A stretch of DNA of 41,977 bases from Gemmatimonadota bacterium. Its GTDB lineage: Bacteria > Gemmatimonadota > Gemmatimonadetes > Palauibacterales > Palauibacteraceae. The first letter of the stretch is position 1, and every line of letters starts with the position of its first letter. The translations under genes were made by a program, and so were the position numbers. Below, piece by piece: positions 35,879 through 41,977 of the stretch. Where the stretch lies: contig JBFILW010000002.1 in assembly GCA_041612005.1 (NCBI GenBank), positions 1 to 41,977 of the forward strand. The letters run 5' to 3'. The notes beneath the pieces are model-generated. The model was not told the DNA's origin and did no database searches. It saw only the letters and a program-made list of their open reading frames with translations.

Positions 35879-36199
35879 ATGACAGAGTCGAAGCGCTCCG
35901 TCGAGATCACGAATCGGCTCGGGTTACACGCGCGCCCGGCGGCCGAGTTCGTGAAGTTGGCGTCTCGTTTCGATTCGACCGTGTTTGTCGAAAAGGACGG
36001 CTTGGAGGTGAATGGCAAGAGTATAATGGGCGTCATGATGCTGGCAGCCGAACAAGGAACTTCAATCACCGTCCGCGCAGTCGGAGATGATTCCAAGGAC
36101 GCGGTGGACGCGCTGGTGGCGCTCGTGGCCGACGGCTTCGGTGAAGAGGAAGCGATGTACGCGGAAGGTACGGCGTCCGAGGATGCGGAAGCGCATTGA
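35879..36199 (+). CDS. ptsH: Phosphocarrier protein HPr
   Basis: Internal ATG at 35879 of ORF 35324..36199, with GAGGGAGG upstream. NRLGLHARPAA supplies the His phospho-site and NGKSIMGVMML supplies the Ser site for HprK. A 20-aa acidic tail follows. Confidence 0.9.
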   Translation: MTESKRSVEITNRLGLHARPAAEFVKLASRFDSTVFVEKDGLEVNGKSIMGVMMLAAEQGTSITVRAVGDDSKDAVDALVALVADGFGEEEAMYAEGTASEDAEAH

Positions 36200-37944
36200 G
36201 TGAACACCTGAAGGGAATCGGCACTTCACCGGGGCGGGTGATCGGTCCGGCACACAGCCTGGTGTGGGACATCCCACGCGTGGAGCACCGCACGATCGAG
36301 CCCGCGGAAGTGGAGAGCGAGCTGCTCAGCTTCAGGAACGCGTTGGCGCGGGCCGCGGCCGGCATCGCTCAACTACGTGAGAGCACGGCGAAGCTGGTGG
36401 GTAAGCTGGAGGCCAACATCTTCGAACCGCAGCTCGTCATGTTACAGGACCCTGAGCTGATCGAAGGAACCGAGGCGTACATCCGGGACAATCGCCTCTC
36501 GGCGGCGCGGGCGTTCGACTGGCAGATGTTCGAGATTCGGTCTCGATTCCTCGACACGGCCCACGCGATGGTGGTGGACAGACTGGCTGACCTGCGAGAC
36601 GTGCGCTTCCGCGTCCTCTCCCACTTGCTCGACTGGGAAACACCGGACCCGGCCGCACTGGGCGACGAGCCATACATACTTCTGGCCGACGACCTCACTC
36701 CGAGCATTGTGGTCGGTCTCGACCGGACCCGCGTACTCGGCATGGTTACCGCGGCCGGCTCGCGCGGTTCACACGTGGCGATCCTCGCTCGTTCCTTGGC
36801 CGTACCGGCCGTGATGGGACTGGGCAGCGAGCTGAATCGGATCAGAGATGGTGACCGGCTGGTCATAGACGGCGTGGCCGGCGAGGTGATCGTGGAGCCC
36901 GACGCGGGCGAGCTGGCCCGGTTCGAGGCAGATACGGTTCGGATCAGCGACCGCCGCCGCCGCCTGGAGAAGCTGCACGATCAGCCAACGCTCTCCCGCG
37001 ATGGTCGGCGTATTCGGCTGCTGGCCAACCTGGACCGTCCCTCGGACGCTGAAGATGCCCGTCGCGCGGGTGCGGAGGGGATCGGACTTTTCCGCAGCGA
37101 GTTCCTCGTGATCGCACACACGACCATACCGGCAGAAGAGGAGCAGTACGAGGCGTACCGCAGCGTAGTAGAGGCGTTTCCGGACGGCGAAGTTGTGCTC
37201 CGAACGTTCGACCTGGGAGGCGACAAGTTTCCGATCTTCCTCGAGATGCCGCAGGAGGAGAATCCTTACCTGGGGTGGCGCGCCATTCGGGTCTGCCTCG
37301 ACATGCCGGAGCTGTTCAGCAACCAGCTGCGAGCGGCGACCCGGGCCGCCAGGTACGGCGACCTGAGAATCCTCCTGCCCATGGTGGTGTCGGTGGATGA
37401 GGTGACAAGGGCCCGAAGTCTGCTGGACGAAGCCAGCGAGTCGGTCGCGGAGGACACAAACGCGGGGAGCATTCCGGTCGGAGTCATGGTGGAGACTCCG
37501 GCGGCTATCGAGACGATCGATCTGCTGGCACCGCACGTGGATTTCCTCAGCCTCGGCACCAATGACCTCACCCAGTACACGCTGGCCGCGGACCGAGGCA
37601 ACTCACGCATCGCTGATCTCTACGATCCCCTGCACCCGGCGCTGATTCGAATGTATCGGCGGCTTCGCGATACTGCGGGCGAGCATGATGTGCCGGTGAG
37701 CGTCTGTGGTTCACTGGCCTCGGATCCCGCCGGCGTCTGTGTGCTGCTTGGCCTCGGCTACGACACACTCAGCGTTCCGGTCTACAGCTTGCCCGAAGTC
37801 AAAGAGCTGATCGGGGCCATATCGATCCAGGAGCTCGAGGGGATGTGCCAGGATGCCAACCGATGTGAGTCGCCGCGTGAGATTCGACGACGGCTCGATG
37901 ATTACATTGGGGATAACCTGTCAGAGGTGGGTGTGGCCCGGTAG
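36196..37944 (+). CDS. ptsI: Phosphoenolpyruvate--protein phosphotransferase (PTS Enzyme I)
   Basis: It has LKGIGTSPGRVIGPA at the N-terminus, TAAGSRGSHVAILARSLAVPAV (phospho-His), GIGLFRSEFL, and FLSLGTNDLTQYTLAADR. The TTG start overlaps the ptsH stop (TTGA). Confidence 0.95.
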   Translation: MSEHLKGIGTSPGRVIGPAHSLVWDIPRVEHRTIEPAEVESELLSFRNALARAAAGIAQLRESTAKLVGKLEANIFEPQLVMLQDPELIEGTEAYIRDNRLSAARAFDWQMFEIRSRFLDTAHAMVVDRLADLRDVRFRVLSHLLDWETPDPAALGDEPYILLADDLTPSIVVGLDRTRVLGMVTAAGSRGSHVAILARSLAVPAVMGLGSELNRIRDGDRLVIDGVAGEVIVEPDAGELARFEADTVRISDRRRRLEKLHDQPTLSRDGRRIRLLANLDRPSDAEDARRAGAEGIGLFRSEFLVIAHTTIPAEEEQYEAYRSVVEAFPDGEVVLRTFDLGGDKFPIFLEMPQEENPYLGWRAIRVCLDMPELFSNQLRAATRAARYGDLRILLPMVVSVDEVTRARSLLDEASESVAEDTNAGSIPVGVMVETPAAIETIDLLAPHVDFLSLGTNDLTQYTLAADRGNSRIADLYDPLHPALIRMYRRLRDTAGEHDVPVSVCGSLASDPAGVCVLLGLGYDTLSVPVYSLPEVKELIGAISIQELEGMCQDANRCESPREIRRRLDDYIGDNLSEVGVAR

Positions 37945-38161
37945 CCACCACGCGGACGCGGCGCCGCCGGCGGTCACGTGCTCGAGGCGGCGCATCGTCA
38001 GATTTGGGGCGATGTTAGCGCAGTCCGTTCTTGTCCGCAGATCGGGTGGTCCGTACCTTGCCCGCGATGTCGCTGATCGATGCGTAATTTGCCAGGCATA
38101 GTGTGCGTGGGCTCGGCGCAGGTCGAGTCGCTCGCCTTACCTTTTTGGAGCGGTAGAACTA

Positions 38162-40701
<2,540 letters not shown>

Positions 40702-40739
40702 GAGACACGGAGGGGCATGCGAGGCAGGGTGAAGTCGCG

Positions 40740-41285
40740 ATGAAAGAGGTAGAGGTAGCGAGCCTCGGCCTGGATAAGTCCTCCAACACGCCCGTCGTGA
40801 TTCTGCGTGAAAAGGGAGGCGAACGATTGCTCCCGATCTGGATCGGTCCGGGCGAGGCGAGCGCCATCGCGATGGAGCTGGCGGGGATCAAGTTCTCGCG
40901 GCCGCTCACACATGACTTGTTCACTGCGGTCGTCCGCGGTCTCGGTGGAGAGCTCGTCCGGGTCGTGATCACGAAAGTGATCGACAACACGTACTACGCC
41001 TCGCTGATCTTCTCCCGCAATGGAGAGATGATCTCCATCGACTCGCGTCCCAGTGACAGCATCGCGCTGGCCTTGCGGTCGGAGGCCCCGGTTTTCGCCG
41101 ACGACGAGCTGCTGGAGCTCACGGCGCTCGAGATCGAGGAAGGCGACTTCGACGACGAAGAGGAGCTCTGGAAAGGCTCCGGCGAGTCGCCGGAGGAAGC
41201 GGAGACGCCGGAAGAGGAGAAAGAGGAGCTGCGGGACTACCTGAAACGGCTCAACCCGGAGGATTTTGGCCGCTTCAACCCCTAG
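40740..41285 (+). CDS. Bifunctional nuclease family protein (DUF151/BFN domain) with an acidic C-terminal tail
   Basis: Internal ATG at 40740 of ORF 40683..41285. The sequence MKEVEVASLGLDKSSNTPVVILREKGGERLLPIWIGPGEASAIAMELAGIKFSRPLTHDLF...IDSRPSDSIALALR is characteristic of DUF151. Confidence 0.8.
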   Translation: MKEVEVASLGLDKSSNTPVVILREKGGERLLPIWIGPGEASAIAMELAGIKFSRPLTHDLFTAVVRGLGGELVRVVITKVIDNTYYASLIFSRNGEMISIDSRPSDSIALALRSEAPVFADDELLELTALEIEEGDFDDEEELWKGSGESPEEAETPEEEKEELRDYLKRLNPEDFGRFNP

Positions 41286-41358
41286 CAGCTAGCTGAACAC
41301 ACTGATGGGCGCCTTGCGGACTCGGCCGACCGATCCGTAAAGTGCCTGTAACATATTC

Positions 41359-41468
41359 GGATGGGGGCAAACGGAAGTCGGTGAGATCCCGACGCGGCCC
41401 CGCCACTGTAAGAGGCGCCCGGCAGACGCCGAGTGGAGTTGCCTCGAGCCAGGAGACGTGCTCCATCC
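41359..41468 (+). promoter_or_regulatory. Cobalamin (B12) riboswitch aptamer
   Basis: The conserved core GGAAGUCGGUGAGAUCCCGACGCGGCCCCGCCACUGUAAG is followed by the B12 box GAGCCAGGAGACGUGC (41447-41462). P1 is closed by GGAUGG (41359-64) pairing with CCAUCC (41463-68). It lies upstream of a BtuF-like gene. Confidence 0.85.
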
Positions 41469-41548
41469 CGAGCCCAGTTCAACTCTTCGCGGGAAGGGTA
41501 GGGCGCGTCGCCTGACGCTGAGCGTCATCGGCCCGACCTTCCAGGAAG

Positions 41549-41977
41549 GTGCGGGCCGTTTTGTTGCACACAGCCGTGCTGTGCCTCTCGTTGGCGGTCG
41601 CTACGGGATCGCCCGGGAGCTCACCGGCCGAGGCGTCCGATACGATTCAGATCGTGGATGACCTCGGCCGCACGCTGACGCTGTCGGCCCCCGCCACCCG
41701 TATTGTCTCGCTGATTCCAGCCGCGACCGAGATCCTGTTCGAGATCGGTGGCGGGGCGCAGGTCGTCGGCCGGACGCAATACGGCACGCACCCGCCGGAG
41801 GCGCTCGCGGTACCCGATGTGGGGGCAGGGATCCGCCCATCGGCCGAGGTCATTCTGGCCCGAGAGCCGGATGCCGTCGTGCTCTTCGCCGGCCCCGACA
41901 ATCGAGCTGCTGTGGCGGAATTCGCACGTCTGGGTATTCCGACCCTGGCCCTGCACCACAACTCTCTCGAGGACCTG
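41549..41977 (+). CDS. Periplasmic cobalamin/siderophore-type ABC substrate-binding protein (BtuF/FecB-like, Peripla_BP_2), 5' fragment running off the right edge
   Basis: My own translation of the frame that is open from 41522 to the window end gives (V)RAVLLHTAVLCLSLAVATGSPGSSPAEASDTIQIVDDLGRTLTLSAPATRIVSLIPAATEILFEIGGGAQVVGRTQYGTHPPEALAVPDVGAGIRPSAEVILAREPDAVVLFAGPDN...IPTL. This is a signal peptide plus the typical BtuF N-lobe pattern (RIVSL.P..TE.L..lG....vVG.t....P......vp.vG......E.il.l.PDlV). It is absent from the ORF track because no stop is present. Start candidates are GTG 41549, TTG 41561 and TTG 41564. Confidence 0.7.
   Translation, partial: MRAVLLHTAVLCLSLAVATGSPGSSPAEASDTIQIVDDLGRTLTLSAPATRIVSLIPAATEILFEIGGGAQVVGRTQYGTHPPEALAVPDVGAGIRPSAEVILAREPDAVVLFAGPDNRAAVAEFARLGIPTLALHHNSLEDL

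Noticed and set aside
37961-37993. GC hairpin after ptsI as a rho-independent terminator
   Set aside because: The 8-bp stem is real, but the loop is 17 nt and the downstream sequence (AUCGUCAGAUUUGGGG) lacks a proper U-tract. It is mentioned only within the metK-leader finding.

Overview
High-GC (roughly two-thirds G+C), densely coding bacterial chromosomal window. Protein motifs and gene order suggest a Gemmatimonadota/FCB-like organism, but that is inference only. I found no rRNA, tRNA, CRISPR array, transposase or integrase. Layout: (1) 1-2460, minus strand, is the promoter-proximal end of a Tad/Flp pilus locus: two tandem flp pilins, prepilin peptidase cpaA, cpaB and the start of secretin cpaC. 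(2) 2811-6506, minus strand, carries envelope genes: an OmpA-family protein with five thrombospondin type-3 repeats, a lipoprotein, a small zinc-ribbon membrane ORF missing from the ORF track, and a PF03706-type membrane protein. (3) 6634-9499 is the least housekeeping-like part: an orphan TPP-dependent E1-alpha dehydrogenase subunit coupled to an unknown 156-aa protein, converging on a degenerate GGDEF protein. (4) 9627-14760 holds rnz-aroA-cmk-rpsA. (5) 14776-23168 holds an LpoA/LivK-like lipoprotein and a propionyl-CoA to succinyl-CoA gene set (pccB, biotin carboxylase, BCCP, methylmalonyl-CoA mutase catalytic domain), with an RlmD-like RNA methyltransferase coupled between biotin carboxylase and BCCP. 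(6) 23179-32219 is one tightly coupled string: FmdB zinc ribbon, argS, pfkB kinase, purM, ribD-ribE-ribBA-ribH-nusB, GT4 glycosyltransferase. (7) 32239-37944 holds hpf-hprK, a complete mannose-family PTS (IIA, IIB, IIC, IID), ptsH and ptsI. (8) 38162-41285 holds metK-ahcY and a DUF151 bifunctional nuclease. (9) 41359-41977 holds a cobalamin riboswitch and a BtuF-like binding-protein gene that runs off the window and is absent from the ORF track. I did not recognise a clear-cut novel multi-gene system such as a defence island. The most unusual items are the split PCC alpha subunit interrupted by an RNA methyltransferase, the GGDEF-degenerate but I-site-retaining protein, the orphan E1-alpha pair, and the PTS embedded in the hpf-hprK regulatory cluster. 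All functional calls rest on motifs recognised by eye, because no searches could be run.
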